A stretch of 64,000 nt of DNA. Source: Mytilus trossulus (Eukaryota). Positions 50,501 to 64,000 of the stretch are shown here, one piece after another (position 1 is the stretch's first letter; each line of letters starts with the position of its first letter). The notes below the pieces were generated by a model. The model had not been told where the DNA came from, ran no database searches, and worked only from the letters and a program-made list of their open reading frames with translations. Location: NCBI RefSeq assembly GCF_036588685.1, contig NC_086373.1, positions 88,288,001-88,352,000 on the forward strand, in the 5' to 3' direction. A program made the translations under genes and the position numbers.

Positions 50501-53500
50501 TTATTTTTTTAGGTGAATACTATACACATTTTGTTGGTAAAATGTGCATTTAACCTTCATCTAGTACATTCGAAACTAACCGAGTCTAATTGCTGGGTTG
50601 CACATAATATTGATTAATAATGAAAATGTGTCTACACGTATAGGAACGTTTAAATATATGGAAACATAAACTGAAAATTACGGAGTTCCGATGGCAGAAA
50701 AATCAGGAACAATTTCCTAATAAATAGCTGGTGATATTCTACGATTCGGGTACAATATTTCTTGTAGAATCAAGCTTCTAAGTTTTGAATTGTAACAAGA
50801 GTTGATGACACAAAATAGCGACCATTCTTTGTAAAATTAGCAACAGAATTACTATATTTCCTAATCTGAAAAAAAAATACGTCACATCTAACAATTCGAT
50901 AATAGCAGGTCCTCAGATTCCCATATACGAGCAATCTATTTGTAAGGTTTTAATCATTATTGATAGATATCTATAGGAGTTCATTTACCAAAATGACGTT
51001 CCAAAGTCTTAGAGTATGAGGGGAATCCATTATTCCATAATAGTGTCCCCGCATGTCAAACAAATCCATACTATAAGGGGTCTATTAAAACGTAGCAGTG
51101 ATATTCGCCTGGGATCAAGCTTTGCTTGCATCATCTGCAAATTCAATGTTCAATATATCATTGAGCTTCGAAAATCTTGAACGTCAAATGGATTAACATA
51201 ATTTTTCGTAGGGGCGAAACACAGAAAGCTAAAACAAAGGTGAAAGTTACTAAGGGGACATTGAAAAACGCATACGTCGAAGTAAAACTGGCAACACAAT
51301 GACAAAAACACTGCAGTGACAAGATTGCCTTAAACTATTCACTGTGTTTCATCGCATTTACTCTGATTCCTTCAAATGTTTAGGTCTGGGCGTTTTGATG
51401 AAGCCGGTAAATCCAGAAATGAGCTACGGACAAACGAAATTTATCAAGTGTTCATTTCATTTGCATGTATTTCCCATGTATCTTAAGACATAGAGTATTT
51501 ATATATATGTGATATTCTAAATACGTCAATAAATTATACCTTCACGAATTGTTGTGTTCGGAATTTGTTTTCTTTGTCTTGTAAATACAGAGGATGAAAC
51601 CACTCAAATAAAGAATGGTATAATCCAACATGTAGATTTCTTTTACGAAGTGCTGTACTCAACTCACCTGAAAGATATATAAATCTCTCAGTCACATCAC
51701 AACTTTTTTTCTGGTGACAATTTAATGGACAGTTAATTTTTGATTAATAAATGAGAGATATGAATCTAACGTGCCACCCAAAGCAGTGGAAGGACTTGCA
51801 TCATATTTGTTTCATTCACAGGAGTTGTCTTGATTTTACATTTACCGAATTAATCTGTCCAATACTTACTCACTTTAACAATCAAAAGGTAATTTTACCC
51901 TTGATAATTTGTAAAAATATATATAAATAATAAAAACTTTATGTGTTTTCTTTGCATTAAAGAATATAAATCAATCTAAATTCTGATAAGCACTAAAGTC
52001 TATCGATTCAATCATTTTGCAGAGCATTATTTTGCAGAGGGAACTGAAAATTAAACATTGCATTGTATTTAGCAATGGAAGGCAATTATTTGGACTGGAT
52101 TTAGAGCTGGTACATTTCGTTGCTATATTTAGAACAGTCTGATACATTCTATACTACTTTTGTTATTTTCAGTGAAATAGTTTCCTTAACAACTGTTGTT
52201 ATATACACAATTTTTAAACTCGAATATCTGAGTGATGTAACATTGAAAAATTGTTTAATATATAAGATAGATGTAAAGATTACTCATCTTAATGAACTAT
52301 GTTTTGTGTTTTCAAAAGTAGTGACAATCCTTACCCCCAAAACATATTAATTTGTTACTAAATGACAATACTGTTCTACCTATGGGCTATCTTTTTGATT
52401 TAAAATATCATTCCTATATGTATATAATCTCTCTTAAGACTATTAAGAATTTTTTGTCCAGAATTTGATAAAATATTGAAACTGCAGTAATGAGGGGGGA
52501 TAGGACCTTTATCGGGACTCGAGATCTGTGTTTTTAAGCTGGGGATTTCGGGATTGACACCTTCGGAATTTGGGAATTCCTTTTCGAATATCGGGATGTC
52601 GGGAGTTAAATTTATTTAAATTCCGGACCTCAGGATTTCGTGTTTTTAAGCCCGGGATTTCGGGATCAGGACCCCCTCCTATCCCCCCTCAGTATTAAGT
52701 AATTTTAAAAAGCGTTCAAACATTTAAAATTTTATGAAATTCAATTGTTCACAGGTTAAATTAAAAGGCCCATGAATGAAGCAGCATATATACATAATGT
52801 AACATATGGTACCATAAATCTAGGTTTACACTTCAGGAAAATGACTCAGTTTGTAAAATAAATATGTGGAAACTGGCCCTACGTATTTTAAGAAAGTTGC
52901 TTAGAGTTAGTAATACATATTTCCAATGTGAACATATTGAGAATTCACTCAGTGCACTATTGATGCATTGACCATACTGAACATTGGTATATATAACATT
53001 AACAGTACACTTTTTAGTACACCAGCAGCACAATTTAACAATAAATATTCAGTGATGCTGGAGGCCAAAATATTAGAAATCAACAACCTATATGTCTAAT
53101 GTTGATGAACTGATCAATCTTAAAGATTGGAAAAATCCTGACAATGAATCAGAGCTTTGCATAAGGAGATATCTTCCTTAATTTAAAATTATTTACAAAT
53201 TTCAATAACAGCTAATTACAATCAAAAAATATCATTACTTTTTTGCCAGAACCAAAGTACTAGCTACTGAGCTAGTGATACCCTAGGGAACAGCCCATCA
53301 ACTGTGGAAGCAGTGGTCATAATAAAATGTGTGTACTAAGTTTTTGAAGTTTTTAAAATACATGTCATCTAATTTCAATATAAGTTACAACTTTTTAGTA
53401 GATATAGGAAGATGTGGTTTTAGTGCCAACGAGACAACTCTCCATCCAAATAACAATTTATAAAAGTAAACCATTATAGTTTAATGTACGGCCTTCAACA

Positions 53501-55308
53501 CGGAGCCTTGGCTCACACCAAACAGCCAGCTATAAAGTTACTAGTGTAAAACCATTCAAACAAGAAAACCAACGACCTAATCTATATGAAAAATGAGACA
53601 TGAGACATATATATTCATGTACTCCTTTTCCTCTCTGAATCAAAACATTGTCTTTCTGAATCACAACTTACCAACAATGTCTCTCTTTGGTCCAACAGCC
53701 ATTGAATTCCAATTAAAAGAATAATTAGATGGCCAGTTAGTATATCCTTCATGATGTTTAGATGTGAAGACAACATATCTGTGTGTAAATAGAAATAACA
53801 TAATAATCATGATAATACTCAATTGTAATACACTAAAAAAATTCCAGTGTACACAAAATGAAAATTGTACATTAAAACAATGTTTGAAGTAAAATCTGTT
53901 AATCAGCTTACATGTAGCTCTTTTTTCTACAACTTACACAAATGTACATGTATATGGGTGGGTTTTTTTTAACAAATAAAGGAGGATAATTCTAAAATGA
54001 TGATAAACAGAGATTCCATATTTTTACAAGATGGTTTTTAAAGGGGATGAATTTACATTTACATCTTCATGATGCTTGTGCAAAGTAGATGATGAAATTT
54101 TAGTCTTAATTTTTTTTTTATAAAATTGATAAATTATTTCCACCCTTATGTTACATTAATATCAATCACAAAAAACAACAATTAAATAATGGTCTTTCAT
54201 GATAAAAATATTTGAAGGTTCAATATTTTATTAAAGTTTCACTACTTTGAAATAATACCTATGATTAACCAGATTGATGTGTCAATGCAGAAAAATAATA
54301 ATAGTCATTTTAAACAATCGTCATTATTTTCACTGCCACCAATTTAGTACAAAATAACAAAAACAATTCTGCACCACACAGTATAGGTAACAAAAGTGTC
54401 CCACAAAAATATAGAAGATGACAAAAATAGTATACATGTAGTATGGTAGTCATCCTATATGACACAAAATCTTTCAATATGACAGGTACAGAGTTTGTCT
54501 ATATGGTATGAAATATTATACACATTTAAAAACAAATAGGGTGAGGGGTTACTGAGTGCCCTAAAACCTGCTCCAGTCATGCTTCAGTGATTCCCTTAAT
54601 AAATAACCAAATTTTCCCCACAAAAGGTTGGGCCAGAATGCCTCTATGATATGGCTATGATATGTAGGATACAAAATGGTCTATCTGTAGCACAACTAGG
54701 CAATGTTACAAAACAGTTAAGTGGGTAAATAACACTTGTGTAAACATGTACACTCCTTTAATATGTAACTTATGCACTTACATGTAGATAACTATAACTA
54801 ACCTTGCACCAGACGTGTTGAATATATCTGCCCATTGATCTGCATTAAAAAATTCTGCTGTAAACTTTGGAGCAAAATCTGCATATGTAAAACCAGGTCT
54901 GTAGTTTTTCTTCATAAAGTCTACAGTATCATTGTATTTTGCCCCTTGCCAATCCCACCAAAACCATTCTGATCGAAAACTTGGGACTGAAAACACTCCC
55001 CAGTGGATAAATATTCCTATTTTGGCCTCATCATACCACGTTGGTAAGGGTCTTTTGTCTAAATCATCCCAGTTAGGTTTATAGATTGCATAACTATCAT
55101 CTTTTGGTTTTTGTTGATTGAACTGCAATGGAGAACTGACCTTTGGATTTGAGTCCTTTGGTTTTATTTTAAAGTCAATATTCGAAATGACAGCTTCCTG
55201 TTCCACTACATAATCAGTTTTTATACTATTATAAATGCCCTGTGCATGGAAAGAAGTTACATATGAAGTGAAACATGTGAAAAGAATAACTTTAACATGT
55301 ACACTCAT
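47582..55308 (-). CDS. FUCA: Alpha-L-fucosidase (GH29) paralog B, 8 exons, 511 aa
   Basis: Exons 55308-54803, 53778-53672, 51667-51540, 50013-49880, 49669-49572, 49208-49076, 48459-48289, 47840-47582 (1536 nt). Canonical [64 protein letters not shown]. Confidence 0.95.
49442..49482 (+). ncRNA. Solo minimal hammerhead ribozyme within a retrozyme fragment (about 49358-49519) in fucosidase B intron 5
   Basis: ACA-CUGAUGA-GUCU(UUUGU)AGAC-GAAA-CGCGCG-UC^UGU; core intact, stem I only 3 bp; antisense to the host gene. Confidence 0.75.
52492..52690. mobile_element. MITE with GAGGGGGGATAGGA terminal inverted repeats
   Basis: GAGGGGGGATAGGA ... TCCTATCCCCCCTC; internal GGGATTTCGGGA repeats. Confidence 0.75.
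53398..53590 (-). mobile_element. Short dispersed repeat, inverted copy of 28975-29172
   Basis: TAGATATAGGAAGATGTGG..GAGACAACTCTCCATCCAAATAACAATTT..CACGGAGCCTTGGCTCACACC. Confidence 0.75.
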
Positions 55309-57251
55309 TTTTCAATTCTTTTGTTTACATAAGTTAGTTACTTCCCCTTTCGTGAAAGATGTAAAATGTGTACATCTCAATCCCGTAAACATAGCAATTG
55401 ATCAGAGTTTTTTTTCATTATTTCGTTAACTATTTTAAATAAAACAAGTTAATATTGACTAAAAAGTATTTAGAAAATTAATATAGAATTTGAACTATTT
55501 ATAAGCATTAGCTAGATCTCTTCCATTTCAATGTCCTTCAATTTCACTATTTTAAAAAATCCCGCGGCGGTGAGGCTTGTCGGCAATAAATTTAGATTTT
55601 TAAAAACTTGATTGCAGTTTTCAGTCGCATTCTAACGTTCAGTAGCGAATATTTCATAAATATTTGAGAAAAACGCAGAAATACAGAAGATAGACAAAGC
55701 GGTTAACCGAGATGACACTCGGATGTGGCAATTTCGAATCAGTTTTTTTACCTGATTAAACCATCAGAATGGCACCGACTATAAGAAGAAGACATATTAG
55801 ACAAAAAGCAGGTTTATAAATTCTTCTTTTTAACCCATTGAACTATATTCCGGCTTGTTTTATTGTTCCGTTTCCGGCAAGTTTGCCACTGCATGTTTGC
55901 TCAGAACGTCCAATGGCAAATATTTTATGCACATTACAGATGAACGACCCTTGAGTTCGAATATAAATCGATACCACCCTTCGTGTCTTGTCAAATAATA
56001 GAACCGTTGCTTACTTTTTTGGTTTCATTTTGTGTAATTTCTTAACAATAAATTCAATACTTGTGAAACTGCAGAAAGAGCCTTTCTTACCTGGAGAAGG
56101 TGAAACCTAAGTTTCTAAAAAATCAACAATAAAAATAAAAGTCATTACGTATTTAGTTTTAGAAAGGTATGCTATCTATAAATGCTGTTGGTACCAAGCA
56201 CTGACATTAATAATACTGAGCTGGTTATTGCGTTGGAGAATAGCAGTCCATCAGCCGTGAGAGGTATCGATTCCGAGCTAGAAGACTAAAACAACACTAT
56301 TTAAAAAGTGCATCAAAAGGTATTTACCGTAACCAAGAAACCCCGAACGATAAAAGCCAAGGATGAAAGGTACTTGAATAAGTCATAAAATACGTATGTC
56401 ATCCAGTTTATGACAAAAATGACGTGTATTTTTTTTAATTATTTCAATTTGTCAGCACTAGTAATATAATCCCGATGACAATAAATAAAAACAAGTACAG
56501 GCATCCTCATAGTGATTTCACGTATAAACAAAGCTGTTAGTAAGTTACAGGTTTTACTGTAGCCAACATTTGGTAAATCGTAATTATGACACAATTCCTC
56601 AACCTTCTGAAGTGACATTTCAACTCTGAAATAATGTTCAACATTGCCCGATGAAAATGTTACCTGTTCTGTCTTGTCGCTTTTTACTTGATGAAATTTT
56701 ACAAATATTTGAAGGGTTATGCAGACATAGCGGAAATAATTTCCTTATTCGCACATGGGTTTCAATGATATACCCCAACTACCGTGACCTCGTGTAAATC
56801 CATTTTCCCTGCCATCTTTTTCTGTTTTAATATTAGTTGTAACAGTTATTTGCTCTAAACTTGGTGTTAGTAACTGCGATGATACTCTGAGATCTATACA
56901 TTAATTAGGCCGTTGGTTTGAATGTTTTACAATTTGTGATTGCTGGGCAGTGTATTGCTGACTAGTATGTGGTATGGGCTTTGTTCATTGTTGAAGCCCT
57001 TACGGCGAACTATAGTCGTTAATACCTGCGTCATTTGGTTTCTTGTGGAGAGATGTCTCATTGGTTATCTTACCACATCTTTCTATTATATACCTACAAT
57101 TGTCCTGCACATTCATGTTCTACTCTTATTTGTTTTACCATCACTTCTCATTTACATGCACATGTAATTCGAGCAACGAACCTAGGTTGAAGCAAAACCA
57201 AAGCTATCACGATATCATACATCTATATTCTACTCTTATTTATTGTTGATA

Positions 57252-57475
57252 GAGAGCCGTGGTGTAGTGGTTGACACCATTTGCGAGTGTGGTATTGAGG
57301 AAACGATGATTGTCTGTCGGAAGGGTACGATAAATGGCTGAATGACCCGTGTGAAGAGAGAGCTATATCTCTTGTACGTAAAATAGTAGGCTAATGCCGC
57401 TGCAAGGCAGCACTTGCAACCGCAAAGTGGAAAGGGATTAATATTTTAAGTTGCAAAACTTGTTTTCCAATCCAT
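57252..57475 (+). mobile_element. Probable tRNA-headed SINE remnant
   Basis: GC-rich island starting GAGCCGTGGTGTAGTGGTT (Pol III A-box); no B-box visible; GTCGGAAGGG..AAATGGCTG core-like segment. Confidence 0.45.
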
Positions 57476-58785
57476 TATTATAATACATTGAAGAATGCCA
57501 GTGGATAATAATTCACATAGAAATATTTAAAAACATTTGATTATTTTACTCCATTATTATAATAAAAAACCCAACGCAAAATATAAATGAATTATCTTTC
57601 ACAAAAACATGTATATGACAGAGTCATTATGTAGGTACGATATCAACGATCATATTGACCAAACTTTGATTGTCCGAGACACCAATATTAACATACATTT
57701 GACAAAATGAAACTAAATGTATTAAATATGGATAAAAAATATCAAACGAAAAGAGTTTTAGAATAGTATCATTTCATAAATAGATATTTCTGTGTTTTAT
57801 ACATATTGTCATTAAAATTAATACCTAAACAAAAGGAGAAGTAAAGATACCAAAGGGACATTCAAAACTCATTAATCGAAAGTAAATCAACGCCAAGACA
57901 AAAATATAAATACATATAAAAATATATTTTACATTTTTGCAAGTAAAATAATCACTTTTGAAAAAAAACAAAAAAATGTATAATATACATTTAAATATGG
58001 TTGTTCTCATTTTGTTTTTGTTTTTACAATGAAGAGCCTTTGTATTGTAAAGCCATCTGAAATGTCTGAATAAACAAACAGCTACTTTCGTTATCATAAG
58101 CAGCTTTTTCAGAACATTTATATTGCAGATGATTATATATTTGTCTTCTAGTGAAGATGTAGACGTTTGGAAATTCCAGTAAAAATGCTTTTTCTTATTA
58201 TAATTGGCACATTGCAGTTGAAAATCAATTATATCGTAATACAACATTGTTAAAACGATTTTTGTTTGTTATGTGTGCAAAACTACAAAATGAGACAGCT
58301 ATTGGCTTAAACAATAGGTAATTATAAAATTATTCCAACACAAGTTTCCACAGTTTACATCTGTGTATGCAAAAAGCATTCTTCTCTAGTTCATTCAAAG
58401 ACAAATACATGATTATGGCACTAAAATTGCAGTAAATAGAAATAAATAAGATCATAAAAACACATAATATAAAAAAAAACAACAACATCATATAACAATA
58501 CATTATGAACATACTAGATAGAAAATCAAATACCACCAACTAGTAGGATTTATCTCAAGTGATCTGAAAGTTTAAGTAGATCCTGTTGATGATCAGATAA
58601 TGGCAAATCCAGATCATTTCAAATGCATATATTGAAGCTGCCTTGATATTGGAACAAAATATCAAAATCAAAGATTCTCAGAATAAAAGAAACTATACCA
58701 CACTATCCTATCCATGTAAATAAGAAAAATCATGTATATTACATAAATAAGTTTGTGAGGAGAAAACGCTGCATCGATATCAAAC

Positions 58786-61700
58786 CTAAGAATTTGTAAG
58801 ACCTGTCATTTTAAAAACCCATGCCCATTTACAAGGCATTTCTTTGTATGATATAAATGGAATGTCAATATGTATTCCTCCAGAGGGATCAGCAGTCCAT
58901 TTCATTGGTGTGTTATAACCAAGCATAGTAACATTTGTTTTATCTCCAGTAATAGGCCCAGCTAATTGTAGCTTGTTATTATGTGGCCATTTTGTTGCAA
59001 TAGCATAAACTGATGTTTTTTCGTCAATGTTTCGTTTGGTGTACCTACAATAACACCACAAAAAGGCATTAAAATGTATCTTCAAACAAAATGTTTGTCA
59101 TTTCTAATTAATTTCATTTATGTTATCTTAATATTTTTATTATCAGGTGGAAAGTTAGAAAATAAAAACTAGTTACTGAAGTGAAACAATATAATAGCAG
59201 TGTTACATCTCAATACTTATCTGAAGCAATTGTATGTTACCTTAAACTTAATGCCAAACTTCAACGATCACCTTTCTATGTTTACAAAACTGAAAAATCT
59301 TTGCCAAAACTCTATTGGCATATATCGATAACCCACTTCATGATTTTCAAACTTTTAAGTTTCAAATTGATGTAACCACAAACTATTCTCAACCAAAGCG
59401 TTCGGTTGAGAATTGTTTAAACTTTAATATTTATTTACTAAAACCAAAACTTTTACCTGCATGAAGAACAGTATAAAACCTAGGATTTATAAAATTAAAG
59501 TATGATATTATAAATACAACTTTTCTTTTAACAAAGAATAGAATAAATACGCCTTGTGTATTTATTCGTTTTCGTATCATGTTTAAAATTTACGCTGATC
59601 ATACATGGCAATTGTTGTGCCATACTATCTTAATATTTGTGTATTTCCAAATAGGGAACCTTTACTACAAGTGGATTCAGGCTATTACGGTTGGAATTTT
59701 TTTACCGCACACTCTTTTCTTAAGCACCTTGATCAACGGACTTCTTTTATAACACATATCAGCATCACCGCAAAGAAAGTTCTTATAAAAAAATCATGCT
59801 GACGTCATCTACGACCTTATATAACCTTAGTCTTAATTTCCGTAGAATCTAAAAAGAAATCCGTATTAATTAAGTCCTAGAATATTTTAGGAAGTTTTAC
59901 AACCACAAGATCGTTGCCACTACGTGGACGTTTTGTCTAAGAAGATATCACAATCCAAGTAGTCTGTAATTTTGTATTGACATGGCATATCATTGCATTT
60001 ATCATTTACTGTCAATTAACTGTGAATGAATTGTTGAATAAATCGAAACTCCGAAATGTGTCTACCCCATGTATTGTATTGCCATATATAGCCGTGTCTG
60101 ACACAATTTTTTCGGAATTTTGTTTTTTAATGCACTTCAGTCTGTTGTTTTGTTTGACATTCCTAATGATTTGGTTCTAGGACGACCATTGAGTCTGATG
60201 TAGTTGAACCGAGATTCTGATATAAGCCTTTTGTCGATATTTATAATAAGTTACAAATTTCATAAAACTAACAAGATTTTTACTAAAAGGAGAGGTTTAC
60301 TTTATTTTACAATAGCTGTACTGCTTAAGATAGTGATATGTATTGATCAATCAATGTCAAATTTTATTTTATTATTTTATTTATTCCAACAGTACTTATA
60401 TAAACGTAACATACCAAACATGTTCATTCACAGCATCATTCTGGAAGTTCCATGGAATAGAAAAATAAATCGCTTCGCCATTTACTTTCAACCATTCTCC
60501 CATCTGCCTTAATCTTTCTAAATACACAGCAGCAATAGTGCCATCATGAGCTGGACCAATGTTTATTAAAATATTACCTCCGCAACTGAATAATGAATTA
60601 TGTAAATTTCATGTGTTTTTAAGAGTACTTTTTATGTTGTAGTTACTACCAAAAAAAAGAGGTTAGTATGATGAGAATTTCTTCCGTTTATACAAAATGT
60701 CTTGCAGGGTATTTGTCAACGGAGTAGAATTATTGCAATACAGTCTTTTATGTGTTGAGGATGAAAGCATTTGTCTGTTGGCATGCTACGTTTATTCAGA
60801 TTTAAGATATGAACAATAAAGCTGGTTATATTTCTGATACTTGTAACGATAAACAAGACTTATTGTTTTATTAACTTCATTGGATATGTAAAACATATCA
60901 GAACGAAACTTGGCTACTACATTTCATATAGGAAACCATGATACAACTGTTTTCCTCTACAGTAAGTTTGTGTGCTATTTACACCATTATGTTGCCAAAT
61001 ATGTCATTTTACCACAAAGAAAATTCGGTGTCGTCAAAGTTAATTCAAGGCTGCAAAACTTTATAACTGTTTCAAATCACTGGCGAAATGACTTTTCGGT
61101 CTTTATTCCTTCGATACCAGAAGAGTCAACGGATCTGTAACTTGACCTATTGTGACGCATTCATTTAACTGACCGTGGATTCGTATTCCAGAAGAGTCGA
61201 CGGATCTGTAACTTTACCTATTGTGACGTATTCATTTAACTGAGCGTGGATTCGTATTGCAGGTAATGAATGCTACGTATGTATGTGACCTTGATTTGTA
61301 TCTTCTTAATCGATTAGTGGAGAATTAAACAACTGTAAACTGTTGTTGCCTTAAGTTATGGGAAAAAAAACTTTCACTGGATCATAATCGAACAGCTTTT
61401 CAAACGTAAACGTTTAAATTAGTCAGTTCTGAAGTCAATTTTCTAACATGAATAAAAGTTAGTTACAATGTAACACGCTTTAACCGTTAAACGAAAATAA
61501 TTTAAGAAAGAAAGTATACAAACATTACTGTTAGTTGCTGAAGGTAACGAAATACGAATTTATCATTTGAACAGATTAGCAGTATTACCTACTGGGAAAA
61601 TGAAGACTAACCCAACAAAAAATCATCAATAAAAAAGCTACAAACTGAGTAAAAAATGGATATGAACGTTTTACTTACTGCTACTAGTATATTGTAAATG

Positions 61701-63341
61701 CACGATGTAACCGACGGAACGAATCTTAAGGGCATCTTAACATTTCTGTATAAAATTCACATATATTATTACCTTACAGTTTCCACTATTGTCTGCAAAA
61801 GTTTTTCTATCGTAAGATAATCATTAAGATTAGCCTCACGTCTGAATCCCCATGATTTTTCGTCAATCGTCATACAATTTTCCCATTTTCTCTTTTGAAG
61901 AATACCTAAAAAAAGATCAAATTCTAAAGTCTCATATAACATAACCATTATCAAATACGTTGAACAAACCTGAGTGACAAGAAGATCCTTTCTTTTTATA
62001 TAACGACCAAAGAAACCGCTAAAAAACATGATTCATCTAAGTTTTTGTTGTTCTCAATGTTAACATCTAAATTACGACAAATACACCCACCACATCAAAA
62101 CCAGGAAAGCGATTGGAATTCCCCTGAATATCAATTACTAAAAGGGAAAAGAGAGGTGAAAGATTCTATAGGAACATTCAAAGTCAGAATTCGGTGGAAA
62201 TGACAATACCACGGCAGAAAACTAAAAACGATTAAAAGAAAAACAACATTATACGAAACACAAGATAGAAACCCAAGGAACAAACAACACTAACCCTACC
62301 AAACCAAAAAGCGGGTGGTGATCTCATGTATCCGGAAGGGTAAGCTAATTCTGTTCCACATAGGGCATTTGTCGTGTTGTTTGCTTTAGTACACACCATG
62401 TACTAAGTTATATTCGATATGTCATTTTCGAAATAGAGAGGACGTGATTGTAGTCACAACAACTGGAACATATTCATCATCATCTGCGAAACATATACTA
62501 GTATTCCATAACGGTCAAACAATTCGTGATCGGTTTCGTATAATTTTTCAAGGAATAATTTAAACTTCATTACTTAGAATGTTTGAAAATATTTGATTCA
62601 ATTAAGGAAAACTGCATAAACTCAACACCGAATTTAAATACACAAGACCCCACCCACATTTTATTGTATTTATCCTACGCCCTTAAAAACTATATCCTAC
62701 CTGGATTATATCTATCATTACACCCAAGAAATCCTCCATGTTTACATCTTACAGATTTTCCCCACCGATCATTGGTTACCACAGTGTTTTTTACAGGACT
62801 GAAATATAGAAAAAGAGTTACGCTTTCAACAATACCTTCTTGAAAATGACAAGAGCAGATGATTAATATACGTCAATGAGATATGAACATCCTAAACAAG
62901 TTGAATATGCAGATCAACGTACTGAATATTGTAACAATATATGTGTTTGATTTGAATATTGTATGCTTATATTTGTAATTTTGTGCAAAACGTTTTGGAC
63001 AGAAAACATTTAAAGAAACGCGGAATCAGAAACTTGTTAAACCAACTTAGACAGAAGTCAGAAATATGACAGTTGCTGTCCATTCATTTGATGTGTTTTA
63101 ACTTTTGAGTTTGCCATTTGATAAGGAACTTTCCGTTTATAATTTTCCTCGGAATTCAGTATTTTTGTGATTTACCTTGTATGTTCAATATTTTTAATTA
63201 TGCTAACCTGTCATTATAAAGCCATGCGATAAACTCAGTAGAATTCCAATAAGTATCTTCTGCTTCCCACTCGCCATCAGACCAAATTATGTCAGGTTTA
63301 TATACATTTACAAGTTCATATAACTCGGGCATAGTTTTTGC
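58786..63341 (-). CDS. FUCA: Alpha-L-fucosidase (GH29) paralog C, exons 4-8 (exons 1-3 beyond the window)
   Basis: Exons 63341-63208, 62798-62701, 61905-61773, 60585-60415, 59044-58786; lengths 134/98/133/171/259 identical to paralog B; [45 protein letters not shown]. Confidence 0.93.
59895..60215 (+). mobile_element. Heavily decayed retrozyme copy
   Basis: TGCCACTACGTGGACGTTTTGTC..ATATCAC..AGTAGTC..TTGACATG and TAGCCGTGTCTGACACAATTTTT align with 42975-43170. Confidence 0.55.
61110..61258. repeat. ~71-bp tandem duplication
   Basis: CCAGAAGAGTC.ACGGATCTGTAACTT.ACCTATTGTGACG at 61117 and 61188. Confidence 0.85.
62140..62580 (-). mobile_element. Decayed Penelope-like 3' end
   Basis: Minus strand gives degenerate [15 protein letters not shown] followed by GCTTACCCTTCCGGA, homologous to 1177-1620 and 44500-44695. 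Confidence 0.5.
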
Positions 63342-64000
63342 CTGAAATAAATAGTTTCATAATGATTCTATTCGAAAGTATCTATCACAACAGGTTCACT
63401 ATCATGAATTGCTTAACCCGATAAAAGAGTTCATTAAAATCATGAGTCCGAAACGCTCATTTTAAATTATTTCTTAATGAACACTTAAAACTAAAATATT
63501 TGAAAGCATGTGATGTATAACGTAGGGAGCTATTTGACCAAATGTTACATAACAAGAAGAAAATAACAAATTCAGCAATGTCAACTTTGCATGCGTGAGA
63601 TAAAACCTTTAACCTATTTAGTTCATTAGTACTTTCTTAATTTATCAACGTGAATTTTGTAATTAATCATTTCAGTAGTGGAGCACTGACTACTGGGCTA
63701 ATGATTCCATTTGTGACTAACAGTCTACCACTGTCATATTGACCTCGTGCTAGTACTTAAATTATAAAAAAAAAATGGACATTCCGAAGCAGTTTTGTGG
63801 TTTTCCTCAAATAAAACGCAGTTTGACTATCAATTAATCAATCGAAGACTAGCAGTAACTGTGCATGTCGTAGAATTGGTCGAGTTATGACTTGCAATAA
63901 ATTCAGTGGAAAAAGATGGGAATGATCCTTCATAAAGTCATATATGAGGAGAGAACAGAGTTCACCACCCTTATAAGTCTGTCCCAAATCAGGGAGCTTC

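Noticed and set aside
57252-57330. tRNA gene
   Set aside because: Only an A-box-like start; no T-arm/B-box or cloverleaf, so treated as a SINE remnant.
57825-58539. 140-aa and 69-aa minus-strand ORFs
   Set aside because: AT-rich, F/I/K-biased translations downstream of fucosidase C with no recognisable motif.

Overview
AT-rich, intron-rich metazoan DNA; the repeat families point to a bivalve, most likely a Mytilus mussel (inference). Genes reconstructed by hand from splice sites: a caveolin coding exon (minus strand, gene runs off the left edge); a complete 18-exon TBK1/IKK-epsilon-family kinase (plus, 4262-19068, about 760 aa); and a head-to-tail array of three GH29 alpha-L-fucosidases (minus; two complete 8-exon genes and one missing exons 1-3 beyond the right edge). 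Introns and spacers are filled with mobile DNA: an RTE LINE fragment with a target-site duplication, Penelope-like RT 3' ends and their short derivatives, Helentron-type non-autonomous elements (some nested), MITEs, SINEs and a 2.2 kb 28-bp satellite. The most striking non-coding system is a retrozyme at 42844-43312: two identical minimal type-I hammerhead ribozymes 355 nt apart that should excise a circularisable RNA, with further intact and decayed copies across the window. One fucosidase paralog has altered conserved sugar-binding residues and a duplicated splice acceptor.
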